Shown here: positions 40,660 through 52,975 of the stretch, piece after piece
Numbering within the stretch: position 1 is the first letter of the stretch
Layout of the letters: every line of letters begins with the position of its first letter
Assembly: GCA_963815195.1 (NCBI GenBank)
Contig: CAWFGE010000010.1
Span: 288,001 to 352,000 of the forward strand
From: an uncultured Planctomycetaceae bacterium
GTDB taxonomy: Bacteria > Planctomycetota > Planctomycetia > Planctomycetales > Planctomycetaceae
Length of the DNA stretch: 64,000 bases
Direction of reading: 5' to 3'
Position numbers and translations under genes: made by a program
The notes under the pieces: generated by a model
Told to the model about the DNA's origin: nothing
Seen by the model: only the letters and a program-made list of their open reading frames with translations
The model's database searches: none

Positions 40660-42793
40660 ATGACGGATCAAACCGCAACCCTGCCTCCGGAACTTGCGAA
40701 TAATCCCCTGTTGGTCACCGAAGGACTTCCCCGTTACGACCAGACCCTACCCGAACATGTTTTGCCCGCGGCTCAATATGTGCTCGCCGAGGCCGAGCAG
40801 AAACTGAACGCGCTGGAACAGGAAATCCGGCCGACCTGGGACGGGGTGGTGGTTCCGCTGGAGGAAAACGGTCAAAGGTTTCAGTGGGCGTGGAGTCCGG
40901 TGGGACATTTGCACGGCGTGAAGAACTCGCCGGAACTCCGCGAGGTTTACGAAAAGGCCCGGCCCAGCTTCGTCGAATACGGTTTGCGGGTCAGCCAAAG
41001 CGAGCCGGTGTACCGGGCGCTCAAAGGCATTCGCGAGGGGGACGAATGGGAAACGCTCGACGAAGCCCAACGCCGAATCGTGACGACGCATCTCCGCGAC
41101 ATGGAACTTTCGGGCATCGGCCTGGAAGGCGAGAAGCGGAAGCGGTTTAATGAGATCGTCAACGAACTCTCCAAGCTGGCGACCGATTTTTCCAACCACG
41201 TTTTGGATGCGACGAAAGCGTTCTCGCTGGTGCTGACGGAACCGGGGGACGTGGAAGGTCTGCCGCCGAGTTTGCTGGCTCTCGCGGCCCAATCGTACAA
41301 CCAGGCTTCCGACGTGCCCGAAGGCGAACCGCCCCGAAGCGCCTCGCCGGACAAAGGCCCCTGGCGGTTCACGCTCGATGTGCCGAGCTTTCTGCCGTTT
41401 ATGAAGCACGGCCGCAAGCGGGAGCTGCGCGAGAAAATGTACCGGGCCTACGTCACGCGGGCCTCGCAAGGTGAATGGGACAACACGCGCCTTATCGAAC
41501 GCATCTTGAAACTCCGCCAAGAGGAAGCCCACCTTTTGGGATATCGCACCTACGCGGAAGTCAGTCTGCTCCAGAAGATGGCTCCGAACGTGGCCGCGGT
41601 GGAGCAAATGTTTCAGACTCTCCGCGATGCCGCGTGGAAACCGGCGAAGCACGACCTGGCGCACCTGAAAGAACTGGCCGAGTCTTCGGGCGTGAGCGAA
41701 CCGCTCATGCATTGGGATATTCCCTTCTGGTCGGAACGCCTGCGGGAAAAGCGGTTCGACTTTACCGATGAAGAACTCCGGCCGTATTTTCCCCTCGAAC
41801 GGGTGATGAACGGGTTGTTCGATCTGGTGGAGCGGTTGTTTGCCATCCAGGTCAAGTCGGCGGACGGCGAAGCCCCGGTTTGGCACCCGGATGTGCGGTT
41901 CTTCAAGATTCACGACGCCGACGGCACGCACATTGCTTCGTTTTATATCGATCCCTACTCCCGGCCGGAGAACAAACAAGGCGGAGCGTGGATGGCGACT
42001 TGCATGAACCGCCGGCGGAATCCCGACGGCAGTTTGCAGTTGCCTGTGGCGCATTTGATCTTGAACTCCACGCCGCCGGTGGGCGAGCATCCGTCGCTGA
42101 TGACATTCCGCGAAGTCGAGACGCTGTTTCACGAGTTCGGGCATGGCCTGCAACACATGCTCACGCGGGTGGATTACACCGATGCCGCGGGCATCAACGG
42201 CATTGAATGGGACGCGGTGGAACTCCCCAGCCAGTTCATGGAGAACTGGTGCTACCACAAACCGACACTTCTGGGGATGACGGCTCATTACCAAACCGGC
42301 GAGCCGCTGCCCGGGCCGCTGTTTGAAAAGCTCCGCGAAGCCCGCACGTTTCAATCCGGCATGCAGACGCTCAGGCAGTTGAACTTCGGGATGACGGACA
42401 TGGCGCTGCATCACGAATACGATCCGGACGGCTGCGAAAGTCCGCTGGACGTGGCCCGGGGGATTGCGAAGCAAACCTCGCTCCTGGAGCCGCTTCCCGA
42501 AGATCGCACGCTGTGCGCAGTTTCAGCACATTTTTGCCGGCGGCTACGCGGCGGGGTATTATAGTTATAAGTGGGCGGAAGTGCTGAGCGCGGATGCCTT
42601 CAGCGCGTTTGAGGAAGCGGGCCTCGACGACGAGGCGGCCTTGGAATCAACCGGACACCGATTCCGCGACACGATCCTGGCATTGGGCGGCGGGCGTCAT
42701 CCGATGGAAGTGTTTAAAGACTTTCGCGGCCGGGAACCCAAACCGGACGCGCTCCTCCGCCACAGCGGATTGGTGCCGGAGAAATCTCAGTAA
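40660..42793 (+). CDS. prlC: Oligopeptidase A (M3 family); frameshift near 42515
   Basis: [23 protein letters not shown]; the C-terminal [18 protein letters not shown] lies in another frame. Confidence 0.9.
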
Positions 42794-43141
42794 CGGCGGA
42801 TTTGGGAGGTTCTTGGATTCCAAGTGTCGCACTCGATGCGGCAAATCTCGCGATGCCGTGGGGCTCGGCAGGATGCTGGAAATACGGTGGGGAATTCCGG
42901 ACAATCGGTTTATCATGGAAGGAAACACAGTGAAACGCCTTTACGGGGGTGGGTGAACTGGGCGTTCTCTGGTAGGGAATCCCCCGAATGTTTTGCCGCC
43001 AAACGCGAGGTATGATTTTGTATTAGGAAGGAAGCCTTCCTTCGGGCCCACTCGGCGAAGGGAATCGTCCGATGTAGCGTGTTATCAGGAACTTGGCTCG
43101 CACTTCTCGTCCGCGAGAAGGACGATCAAGCCGATTCCAAG

Positions 43142-45435
43142 ATGTTTTTGGCCCGAACGAGATTCCCCGTGACGCGATCCCCTTCAAACCCCAGTCCGGA
43201 ATTGCCCATCACGAAGAAATCCTTTTCCGAAGGACGGTCCCCGTCCAAAGTCCCCCCGTCAAAACCCGCCTCCAAAGCGGTTCGAGAAGAATCCGCCATT
43301 TCAGACCCCGCTGCCCAAGACGCCGCGGAATCGGAGAAACGTCGTTCCGTGTCGCCTGCCATTCGCGAAGTTGTCGGCCGGTCCCCGGTGGCTCCCACGT
43401 TGAGCATCCTGCGGGGGTTGAAAGCCGGCCGGGTTTATGAACTCTTGGGCGATTCGATTTCCATCGGCCGGAACTCGCACTGCGATCTGGTCCTGCCGGA
43501 CGAAGTGGTGTCCCGCAACCACGCCCGCCTGCGGAGCCGCGAGGATGGGATTTCCATCGAGGACCTCGGCAGCCGAAACGGCACGTTCGTGAACGGGAAG
43601 CGGATCACGGAGCCGACGAAACTCAACGACGGCGATTACATCCAGGTTTACGAACTGCTGCTGTCGTTCCACATTGAAGGCAAAACCGGTTCGGGGACCA
43701 TGCTGCGGTCGCCAATGATCCAGGAAGAACTCGCGGATTGGTCCGCCGAGGATTCCGCCATCGATGTGGCGAGCCTGGGGCCGATGCCGCGCCCCGCCGG
43801 CGAGGGCGGTCGTCTGCGATCATTATGACGCTGGATGCGTCCTGGACGGGTCCGGAGCGGATCGAAGTCAACGCGGAAACCAAGCTGCAGGCGGTGCTCG
43901 AGATCACGCGCAACCTGGGCAGCACGCTGGATCTGGACCATGTGCTCACGCGGATTCTCGACAGCGTGTTTCGCTTCTTTCCGCAAGCCGATCATGGATA
44001 CATTTTGAAGTCGGAGCCGAAGGGCGGATTGCGGCCCGCCGTGCTCAAGCACCGCGAACGCGGGAGCGGGGGAGGGCCGAGCACGATCCGCCCCATCGCC
44101 CGCACGGTCGCCAAGCAGGTGCTCTCCGAGGCCAAGGCGATCCTCAGTTCGGACGTGGTCTACGATCAGCACGCAGGCGAGATGCCCTCCGTCATCGAGC
44201 CGGAACATCGTTCGATGATGTGCGCCCCGCTGATGGGGCCGTCCCAGATGCCCTTGGGCATCATTTACATCGACACCGAAGATTCGCTGCATCCCTTCGG
44301 GGCGGACGATTTGGACGTGCTCGTGTGCATTGCGATCCTTGCCGGCCAGGCGATGGAGCAGGCGTCGGTCTCCGAGGCCCGCTACCGGGCGGTGGTCGAT
44401 GCCGCCGCCGACGGCATTCTTACGATCAACGACAAAGGCATCATCCAATCGGTGAACCCGGCCATCGAACGCCTCTTCGGATACGCCTCCCACGAATTGA
44501 TCGGGCAGCCGGTGTCCTGGCTTTCGGCAAACCGCGAGAACGGGCAAGCCCCGTCGCATCTGGGATTCTTTGAGCCCGACGAAGAAGATTCCACGCTCGG
44601 CAACCTGCGGGAAACCACCGGCCGGCGGAAGGACGGCAGCACGTTTCCGCTGTCGCTGTCCGTGGCGGAAGTGGAACTCGGCGGCGAACGGCTGTTGACG
44701 GGCATCCTCCAGGACATTACCGACCGCAAACGCGCCGAGCAGGACCGCCTCCAGGCCGAGCTCGTCAACATCGTCTGGGAACAGCAGCGGCACTTCGGCC
44801 AGGAACTTCACGACAGCTTCGGCCAGGAACTCACCGGCATTCGGCTATTGATCGACAGCCTCCGGCAGCGGCTCAAAAACCACAAACTTCCCGAAGCCGA
44901 AACGGCCGAGGAACTGGCGTCCCTGATTCGCGACGCCCAGGCCAAGATGCGAGGCATGGCCCGCGGGCTGTTTCCGGTGGAAATCTTCGCCCACGGCCTG
45001 ATGTCCGCTCTGGAAGACCTCGCCAACACGATTCGCAGCAGCCGGCAGGTGGAATGCTCTTTCCACTCGGAAGGACCGGTCGATGTCGACAGCAACGAAG
45101 TCGCCACGCATCTGTTCCGCATCGCCCAGGAAGCCGTCACCAACGCCGTCAAACACAGCGGAGCCAAACACCTCAGGATTTCCCTCATGGGCAAAGGCTC
45201 CCAACTGGTGCTCACGATCCGGGACGACGGCCGCGGATTGCCGGCCGATGCGATCAACCAATCCTCCTTATCCTCCGGCATGGGACTGCGCACCATGAAA
45301 TACCGGGCCAACGTGGTGGGAGCGGATCTGACCATCCATTCCGCCAAAGATTCCTCATCTTCCGACGCGTCGTGTGGTACAATTGTAAGATGCGTCTATC
45401 AACGTGATCGACAAATGGAAGGCCTCCCCTCATGA
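43142..45435 (+). CDS. FHA-GAF-PAS-HisKA_3-HATPase sensor kinase; frameshift near 43810, start uncertain
   Basis: FHA IGR...VSRNHA...DLGSRNGT; GAF MCAPL...LGIIYID; PAS NPA; ELHD; QEAVTNAVKHS; DDGRG. Confidence 0.82.
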
Positions 45436-46169
45436 CGACTCATTTCGACTCTTTGGAACAACTTCGAGATCCCGCAATGGCCAACAACGACCCCGCTCCC
45501 GGCGAAAAAAGCCGGATTTTGATCGTCGATGACCATCCGGTCATGCGGAAGGGGCTTTCCCAGGTCATTGACGACCAAACGGATATGGAGGTTTGCGGGG
45601 AGGCTTCGAACATCCCGGAAGCTCTGGAGAAAATCCAGCAGCTCAAGCCCGATCTGGTCATTGTGGATATTTCCCTGGGCGATGGGAACGGGATCGAGCT
45701 CATCAAGCAGATCCGCAGCCGAGGCGAAGAACCCCGAATGCTCGTGTCGTCGATGCACGACGAGTCCCTGTTCGCCGAGCGGGCCATCCGCGCGGGAGCG
45801 CAGGGCTACGTCAACAAACACGAAGACACCGAGCGGCTGATTCAAGCCCTCCGGGACATCCGCGCCGGCCGCATCGCCCTCAGCGAAAAAATGACGGACC
45901 GGCTCTTAAACCGCGTCGCGGGCCGGCACGACGACGGCGGCTCGCCGCTCGACCGCTTGACCGACCGCGAACTCGAGGTCTTCCGGCTCATCGGCGAAGC
46001 GCTGACCACCCGCGAGATCGCAGCCCGGCTGGAACTCAGCCGCAAGACCGTGGAAACCTACCGCGAAAACATCAAAGCCAAGCTGAACCTGGCCAACGCC
46101 GCCGAACTCACCCGCCACGCCGTGCAATGGGTCCTCGAAGAAGGCGGCCTCGCCGATCGCGACGGCTAA
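45432..46169 (+). CDS. NarL/LuxR family response regulator
   Basis: IVDDHP, VDISL, C-terminal LTDRELEV...KTVETYR HTH. Confidence 0.93.
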   Translation: MTTHFDSLEQLRDPAMANNDPAPGEKSRILIVDDHPVMRKGLSQVIDDQTDMEVCGEASNIPEALEKIQQLKPDLVIVDISLGDGNGIELIKQIRSRGEEPRMLVSSMHDESLFAERAIRAGAQGYVNKHEDTERLIQALRDIRAGRIALSEKMTDRLLNRVAGRHDDGGSPLDRLTDRELEVFRLIGEALTTREIAARLELSRKTVETYRENIKAKLNLANAAELTRHAVQWVLEEGGLADRDG

Positions 46170-46303
46170 GCGAAGCGGACTTCGTCGCAAGGAATGGTTC
46201 GCTCAAGGGACCGGCGGGTGTCGTCAGGCACCGGCCGGTTCGGGTGTTTATCGGCGGAGAATCCCCGTCTTTCCCCTCCAGGAAATCGTTGAAGGAGCCG
46301 ACC

Positions 46304-46741
46304 ATGAACGACGTCACCAGGCGGAAGGCTTTGAAATTTGCGGCCGCCGGTTTGGGAACCATCGCGGGAGGTTCCCTGTTGGCTGCGGATCAGAACAACG
46401 ATCCCCAACACGCGATGAAGGACCGCTGGCGCGCATGGGCCGTCACGAAGGGCCAACACGCGAAACTGGTGGTCGAAGGCATTTACAGCCAGGGAGGGCC
46501 GGGGTTGGTGGCGATCGTCCAAGAGGCTGTGCCCCAGGGCATCAATCCGAAGATCCTCATGCTCAAAGTGCAGATCGCCAAGCTGCCCGGCGTGTGGCCG
46601 GCCGTTTTGCAGCCCATCCCTGCCCAATATGCCAAAACGCCTTACCGAAAAGGTCAATATACGTCGATCCACCTGCTCTATCCCAATGGCGAGAGCATCA
46701 TGATTGACGAAATCACCGACACCGGCACCGGGCCGAAGTAA
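46304..46741 (+). CDS. Tat-exported hypothetical protein
   Basis: RBS aaggag; TRRKALK twin-arginine signal; 'PQGINPKILML' motif. Confidence 0.75.
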   Translation: MNDVTRRKALKFAAAGLGTIAGGSLLAADQNNDPQHAMKDRWRAWAVTKGQHAKLVVEGIYSQGGPGLVAIVQEAVPQGINPKILMLKVQIAKLPGVWPAVLQPIPAQYAKTPYRKGQYTSIHLLYPNGESIMIDEITDTGTGPK

Positions 46742-46876
46742 CACGAGCAAAATCAGAAGCTTTCCGCCAATCATGCACCCGCTGTCTCCCGCGGCGGATT
46801 GAGTGATTGGCAGCGCCCGGCCTTCGCGGTATGCTGAAAGATCGGACCCAAAACGTTTTTTTGCCCGATCGGAACC

Positions 46877-49202
46877 GTGATGCCTGCCGACGAATCTCAA
46901 GCCGCGGACTCGCGGTATGCCGCGACGATTATCACGCCGCACCATGAGTTCTCCAAAGAGCAGCAGGACATCGCGCTCGCGGCATTGGTGCTGAAGTCGG
47001 GTTTGCTGACCGAACGGCAACTCTCGATGGCCTTCGGAAGCTGGACCATTCACGGGAACGTGCCTTTAAGCCATCATCTGCTCAAGCTCGGCCTGTTGGA
47101 TGAGCCGAAACAAGAGCAGTTGGAGGAACAGGTCTCCAAACAGTTGGGCGCCCTCTGCGATTCGATCGATGGCAGTAACGGCAAGGGCACGAAGAGCATT
47201 CTGCTGGGCACGCTCGAAGCCATCGATCCGTCCGGCCTGGTGGCGAGGCTGATGGGAATCCTGCGCCGTCGCCGGGGCGGGGGCCAGCGATTCCGCGGGC
47301 GGCCGGCAAGCCAGCGTCCGCTACGAGTTCGTGCGGAAGCTGGGCCAAGGCGGACTGGGCCGGGTCTGGCTGGCGTTCGATCATCACCTGAAACGCCACG
47401 TCGCGGTCAAGGAAATCACCGTGCGGAACAACCCCGCCGCGCTCGAGCGGTTCCGCCGCGAGGCCGAGATCACGGGCCAGTTGGAGCATCCGGGCATCGT
47501 GCCGATTTATCAGCTCGGCGAAGACACGAACACCGGCGAAGTCTTCTACGCGATGCGGTTTCTGGGCAAGCGGACCTTCCACGACGCGATCATGGAATAC
47601 CACGAACGGCGGACCGAAGGGGACGACGACCCCATGCTCATCCGCCAACTCCTCACCGATTTCGTCAACATCTGCCAGGCCATCGGGCACGCCCATTCCC
47701 GCAAGGTGATCCACCGGGATCTCAAGCCGGAGAACGTGGCGATCGACAGCTTCGGCCAGGTGATCGTCATCGACTGGGGGATTGCGAAGGTCCTCGATGA
47801 AGTCCATCTGGGCGACCGTCTCGCGGCCCAGGAAACCTCCCCCGGCGGGCACAACAGCACGATGGAAGGGCAAGTCCTGGGGACGCCCTTGTACATGGCT
47901 CCCGAGCAAGCCGCCGGCCGGATCGACGAACTGGACGAACGGACGGACATCTACGGCCTGGGGAGCATTCTGTTTGCGATCCTCACGGGCTATGCCCCGC
48001 ACGAGCGGACGCGGGAAATCACCAACGCCGTCAACGGCCGCGATCTGCTCTCGGCCATCGCCGGCCAGCCGACGCCCAAGGTCTCGGAGGTCAATCCCGA
48101 TGTCGATCCGGCACTGGCGGCGATTTGTGAAAAGACGATGGCCCGCCGACAATACGCCCGCTATCAGTCGGCCACCGAGCTTGCGGGGGACGTGCAGCGG
48201 TGGATGGCGGGCGAACCGATTTCCGCCCACCGGGAAAAACTGCCGCAGCGGATCCGCCGCTGGGTGCACCGGCATCAGATCTGGTCGCAGGTGATCGCGG
48301 CGTCCTCGACGATCGTGATTGTCGCCGTGTTGACGCTGTGGATCTCCTCGGGCCGAAACCAGGCCGCGGAACGGCAGATCCTCTTCGATGAGATGCGAGG
48401 CTACGATCGCGAGATCGAACTGCAACTGAAGACCACGGCCCAGGAACTCGCGAAGGATGCCCGCTTCATGTCAATGCTGCCGCCGGTTCAGGGAATCATC
48501 GACGCCAAGAGCGGCGCGAAAGACTCCGACAGCGAAGTCGTCTGGCGCGGCCGGCTGGCAACCATTTACGAAGGGCTGCTACGGGCGAACCCCGATTACC
48601 TCGCCATCTCTTACACCGCAAAGGCGGAGGATGACAACGGCGTCAATCTCGTCCGCGTGGAACGCCACGTCACCGATGCCTCCTATGTCCGCCGCGTCCC
48701 GGAGAGCCGGCTCGGCGCATTTGCCGATGCGGATCTCTTGAAGCAGGCGTCGCTGCGTTCGCCGGGCGACATTCTGCTGATGATCCGCCGGCAATTGAAC
48801 GCGGACACCTCGCTGCTGCAGGACGTCCGCCTCTACGCGGCGACGCCGGTGTTCGATGAGACGACCGGCGACTTGTTCGGCGTCGTCACGATCGAGACCA
48901 ACTTGTTGAACCGCATCGTGCAGTTCCTCGAGCGCGTGGAGCAGCACACTGAGAGCATTTATATTACCGATTCCGAAGGGCAGGTGTGGGTCAGCGACGA
49001 TCCCGTGACCGGCGTGGACATCACGACCCGCGATCTCCACATCGCGGACCTCATTCCCGGCACGGCACCCTTCTTCCAAAACGCGGACGAGCAGCAGCAA
49101 TTAAACCGCGAGGAAGGCTGGATCGCCGGCAAAGTCCCGCTCGATCCCGCTAACCCGCGGCTCAAAGTCGGCGTCGTGCTCCGATTGGTCGAGCCGGAAT
49201 GA
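46877..49202 (+). CDS. Ser/Thr kinase with a TM helix and a Cache-like extracytoplasmic domain; frameshift near 47270-47320
   Basis: GQGGLG, VAVK, HRDLKPEN, DWG, GTPLYMAPEQ; C-terminal 'ATPVFD..GDLFGVV...IYITDSEG'. Confidence 0.85.
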
Positions 49203-49433
49203 GGCCACGTTGGAATTTGATGTTCCCGCAATGTGAGCGGCCGGGCGAAAATTCGCGTGCGCGATTTTGCGCGTTTTCGAGATGCCATGATCTCAGGGCC
49301 ATAGGCCCGGGCCGATGTGAGCCCAGGGCTGGCATAGCGCCGGACCTTCGGTCCTTTTGCCTGGATTTTGAATGACTGCAATATCAGGATCAGATTCTCC
49401 GGCACCAAACCGGGCAGAATTGCGCACGCTGAT

Positions 49434-50597
49434 TCAGCCGCCGGTCTCGGAAGCACGTTCGCCAAGGGCGGCCTTGAGCTCGGCGATCACGCCGGGATCG
49501 TGTTCGATTTCCAACCGGCGTTTCAAAGCGGCTTCGGCGGTCGGCTCGGACGCGAACCGCCCCAGAGCCCAGGCGACGGCTCCGCGAATCAGCGGCTCTT
49601 CATCGTTCAACCGCTCGAAGAGCAGCGGCAATGCCGCCGCGGGTCGCGTGTTGCCCACGACGATCGCTGCGTTTCGCAGAAGACCCGCCCGCCGGGGCCG
49701 AGCCATCGGCGTCTTGCGGAACCGCCCGCGGAATTTCTCGCCATCCATTTGCAGAAGGGCCAGGGCATCGGCGGGCGCCAGATCGGGAACAGGTTGGAAG
49801 GCCGGTTCGGCGGTGACGGGGGCTTTGCGGTTCCACGGGCAAACGTCCTGGCAAATGTCGCAGCCGAACAGCCAATCGCCCAGGCCTTCGCGAAACTCCT
49901 CAGGCACCGGTTCGCGAAGCTCGATCGTCAAATACGAAATGCACCGCCGGGCGTCGAGCACGTAGGGTTCGGGGAAGGCATCGGTCGGGCAAGCATCCAG
50001 GCAACGCCGGCAGCTGCCGCAATGCGAGGTGTGATGCGGCTCGTCGTAGGCGAGTTCCACATCGGTCAAAAGGGCCGACAGAAACAGCCAACTCCCCGCA
50101 TGTTTGTTGATGAGCATCGTGTTCTTGCCGAACCATCCCAAGCCCGCGAGCCGGGCGAAGTCGCGTTCCAACAGCGGCGCGGTGTCCACGACGCCCCGCG
50201 TTCTGCCGCCGGGAAATCTCGTGTGCACAAAATCCCCCAACTGTTTCAGTCGGCTTTTTAAGAGATCATGATAATCCGCCGACCCCCAGGCATAGCGCGA
50301 GACTCTCGCCTCGCCCGGCCGGGTTTCGGGCGGGTCGGCTGTGCGGTAATTCGTGCCGAGAACGATCAAACTTTTCACGCCGTCCAGAACGTGCCGGGGA
50401 TGTTCATACGCGGTTTCGCGGCTCGGCAGATAGTGCATCTCGCCCGCATAGCCCTTCGCGATCCATTCGGCGAGTGCCGAGAATCCGAGCGGCGAAACCG
50501 CCGGGGCGATCCCCGCCAGATCAAACCCCAACCGCCGGGCCTCGGCTTTGATCGCCTCGGCGAGTTCGGTTTGTTCGTTGGTCTCGGCAAGCGGCAT
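49434..50597 (-). CDS. queG: tRNA epoxyqueuosine reductase
   Basis: DYH, VDTAPLLER, CGSCRRCLDACPT, CISYLTIE, GCDICQDVCPWN, HEAT tail. Confidence 0.95.
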   Translation of the reverse strand: MPLAETNEQTELAEAIKAEARRLGFDLAGIAPAVSPLGFSALAEWIAKGYAGEMHYLPSRETAYEHPRHVLDGVKSLIVLGTNYRTADPPETRPGEARVSRYAWGSADYHDLLKSRLKQLGDFVHTRFPGGRTRGVVDTAPLLERDFARLAGLGWFGKNTMLINKHAGSWLFLSALLTDVELAYDEPHHTSHCGSCRRCLDACPTDAFPEPYVLDARRCISYLTIELREPVPEEFREGLGDWLFGCDICQDVCPWNRKAPVTAEPAFQPVPDLAPADALALLQMDGEKFRGRFRKTPMARPRRAGLLRNAAIVVGNTRPAAALPLLFERLNDEEPLIRGAVAWALGRFASEPTAEAALKRRLEIEHDPGVIAELKAALGERASETGG

Positions 50598-50633
50598 TAT
50601 CGATTTCAGTAAGAAAAATGGTTCTGTCTTTCG

Positions 50634-50719
50634 TGTGCCACTGGCAGCTTGCTGCCAGTGCATTCCCGGGTTGACGGTCGGTTACGGAAAACACTGGCAA
50701 CGAGTTGCCAGTGGCACCC
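50634..50719. repeat. Inverted pair of REP-like palindromes, family C (degenerate copy near 10543)
   Basis: gtgccactggcagcttgctgccagtg ... cactggcaacgagttgccagtggcac. Confidence 0.75.
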
Positions 50720-50752
50720 TTTTTCTGTCAACTTTGCGACGCCCAAAGACGC

Positions 50753-51172
50753 TCAAGCCGGCCGTTCTTGCGGGGAGGCGGGATCGCTGATGGCGTAGGC
50801 TTGCCGCTCGAAAGGGTTGTCGCGGTAGGCGTCGCCGCGGCGGATCCAGATCACCGCCGACGACAACATATACGCCGGCAGAAAAAACGGCCCCCACACT
50901 TCGCATTGGCGGACGTGGACCATTTCGTGCTCCCGGCAAAAGTCGAGCGACGCCTCGTTCAAGCCGATGATCACGTGCCCCAAGGTCATCGCCATCGGTC
51001 GGATGGGCAACCGCGACAGGAACCACGTCACCATCCCTCCGTAAAACTCCAGCACCCGCCCCTTCCGCTGCACCCGGCCGCCGGTCAAAAGTCCCAGCGA
51101 GCCGACCGTTAAACCGATCAGCGTCGTCGGCAGCGACCAGATCATCCCTGCAAAAATGAGCCAAGGACGCAA
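50753..51172 (-). CDS. Hypothetical protein with a HExxH motif
   Basis: MTLGHVI, HEMVHVRQ, YRDNPFE. Confidence 0.75.
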   Translation of the reverse strand: MRPWLIFAGMIWSLPTTLIGLTVGSLGLLTGGRVQRKGRVLEFYGGMVTWFLSRLPIRPMAMTLGHVIIGLNEASLDFCREHEMVHVRQCEVWGPFFLPAYMLSSAVIWIRRGDAYRDNPFERQAYAISDPASPQERPA

Positions 51173-51253
51173 GAGTTCTCCTCCCGGAAAATCGCGGGCA
51201 TTCGCGGGTGCGGATGACGCGGCGGTGAAACTTCAGTAAGATCGATTTCTATG

Positions 51254-51280
51254 AGGGGCAAAGGCCACAAAGGAGCAAAG
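51254..51280. repeat. Short intergenic repeat shared with 62905-62931
   Basis: aggggcaaaggccaca(a/g)aggagcaaag, 1 mismatch in 27. Confidence 0.8.
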
Positions 51281-51362
51281 TCCGCAAAGTTTCAAATCAG
51301 TTTAGTCCGCCCCCCAAATTCTGACAATTCGGTTTCTTCCATCCTATACTTCGAGGTTCGCT

Positions 51363-52301
51363 ATGACAAACTTTGATCCCGCCGCTTCTGAAAAACTCAG
51401 CCGCCGATCGCTGCTCCACCGCACCGCCGGCACCGCGGCGTTGTTGGGTCTGCCGGGCCTCGCGTCGGCCGTGTATGCGGGCGAAGAAAAGTCTTCCGGC
51501 AATGCCGGCAGCGGGCAGATCAAACAGTCCATCGTGCACTGGTGCTTCGCCAAGTATTGGGACGTGGAAGAGACCGCCAAGGTCGCCAAGAAACTCGGCT
51601 GCCGGAGCATCGAACTGATCTCCCCCGACCACTGGCCGACCTTAAAGAAATACGACCTGACCTGCGCGATCGCCTCGATCGACATGGCTCCCGATGCCCC
51701 GTTCGTCAAGGGTTTCAACAACCCCAAGTATTGGCCCAAGGTGCTGAAAGCCACCAAGGATGCGATCGACGCCGCGGCCGCCAATCGGCGTTCACAACGT
51801 GATCGCCTTCACCGGCATGGCCGAGGGCTTGACGCGACGAGGAAGGGGCCGCCAACTGCGTCAAAGGTTTTAAGCAGATCGTCGGCTACGCCGAGAAGAA
51901 CAAGGTCAACATCTGCCTGGAGATGCTCAACACCCGCGACAGTCGCATCCCATGAAAGGGCATCCCGGCTACCAGGGCGACCACACCGACTACTGCATCG
52001 ACATCATCAAGCGGGTCGGCTCGCCGCGGCATGAAACTGCTGTTCGACATCTACCACGTGCAGATCATGGACGGCGACGTCATCCGCCGCATCCGCCAGC
52101 ACAAGGAATACATCGGCCACATCCACACCGCCGGCAACCCCGGCCGCGGCGAACTCGACGACACGCAGGAAATCAACTACCCGCCGATCATGCGGGCGCT
52201 GTTGGACTCGGAACTACGAAGGCTACGTCGGCCAGGAGTTCATCCCCACCCGCGATCCCCTCGCCGGCCTGACCCAAGCGGTGAAACTGTGCGACGTGTG
52301 A
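51363..52301 (+). CDS. Tat-signal hydroxypyruvate isomerase-like TIM barrel; several frameshifts (51785-52210)
   Basis: [55 protein letters not shown], spread over different frames. Confidence 0.8.
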
Positions 52302-52308
52302 TGTTCAT

Positions 52309-52333
52309 TAGCCGCAGGGTGCTAGCCCCGGTT
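52309..52333. repeat. REP-like palindrome related to family A
   Basis: tagccgcagggtgctagccccggtt immediately after the stop codon. Confidence 0.6.
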
Positions 52334-52350
52334 CGTTTTGCTGTTTTGCT

Positions 52351-52382
52351 TGACCCAAGCGGTCAAACTCTGCAACCTGTGA
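52351..52382 (+). repeat. Duplicate of the hyi-like gene 3' end (52270-52301)
   Basis: 32 bp, 4 mismatches, includes the stop codon. Confidence 0.85.
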
Positions 52383-52975
52383 TTTCAGCATTCGGAGGCC
52401 AGGGGCAGGTTTCCGAAGGAGTTCGAGATGAGTGCCGAGTCGCCTCAGAATGTTGTCCGGTGCGGCCGATTCCGGTTTGGCTCGCGCGGTTGGGGATTTT
52501 TGGCGCTGTGGTTCTGTTCGTGTTCGTGCAACTATTTGGGGGAGCAACGCTTTCGCTTGAATCGCAGGCGGGAGGCCACGTTTGAAAATCTTGGCGACAA
52601 GAGGCGAAGCAATCACGGCGACGGCTGGCGCGGCGATGAGACGTTCCGCCGCCCCCCCCATTTCTGAGTCGGACACCGTCGCCGAATGTCTCTTCCACAG
52701 AACAGGAGGGTCGCCAATTTCGAGATTTGCGGCGGGCGGCAATTCTGTCTCGCTACCTCGCCGAGCAAAATAACCCCAGGGTCGGATCTCCAAAACGCCG
52801 AGGGCTTTCGGCACGACGAGAACCGCGGAAGCCTGCCGCAGGTGTTTTGTTGCGCTCCGCGGACTTCGTGAGATATGACGTAAGATCAAGGCGCGAACCC
52901 CAAGCCGGCGTTCAATTCCCACCAACTCGAACAGGTCGAAAGCAGAGACGTGCGAGAACCGGAGTCCCCCCACTC

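Noticed and set aside
52428..52871. Small protein gene upstream of crcB
   Set aside because: Fragments in several frames with no coherent ORF; left uncalled.
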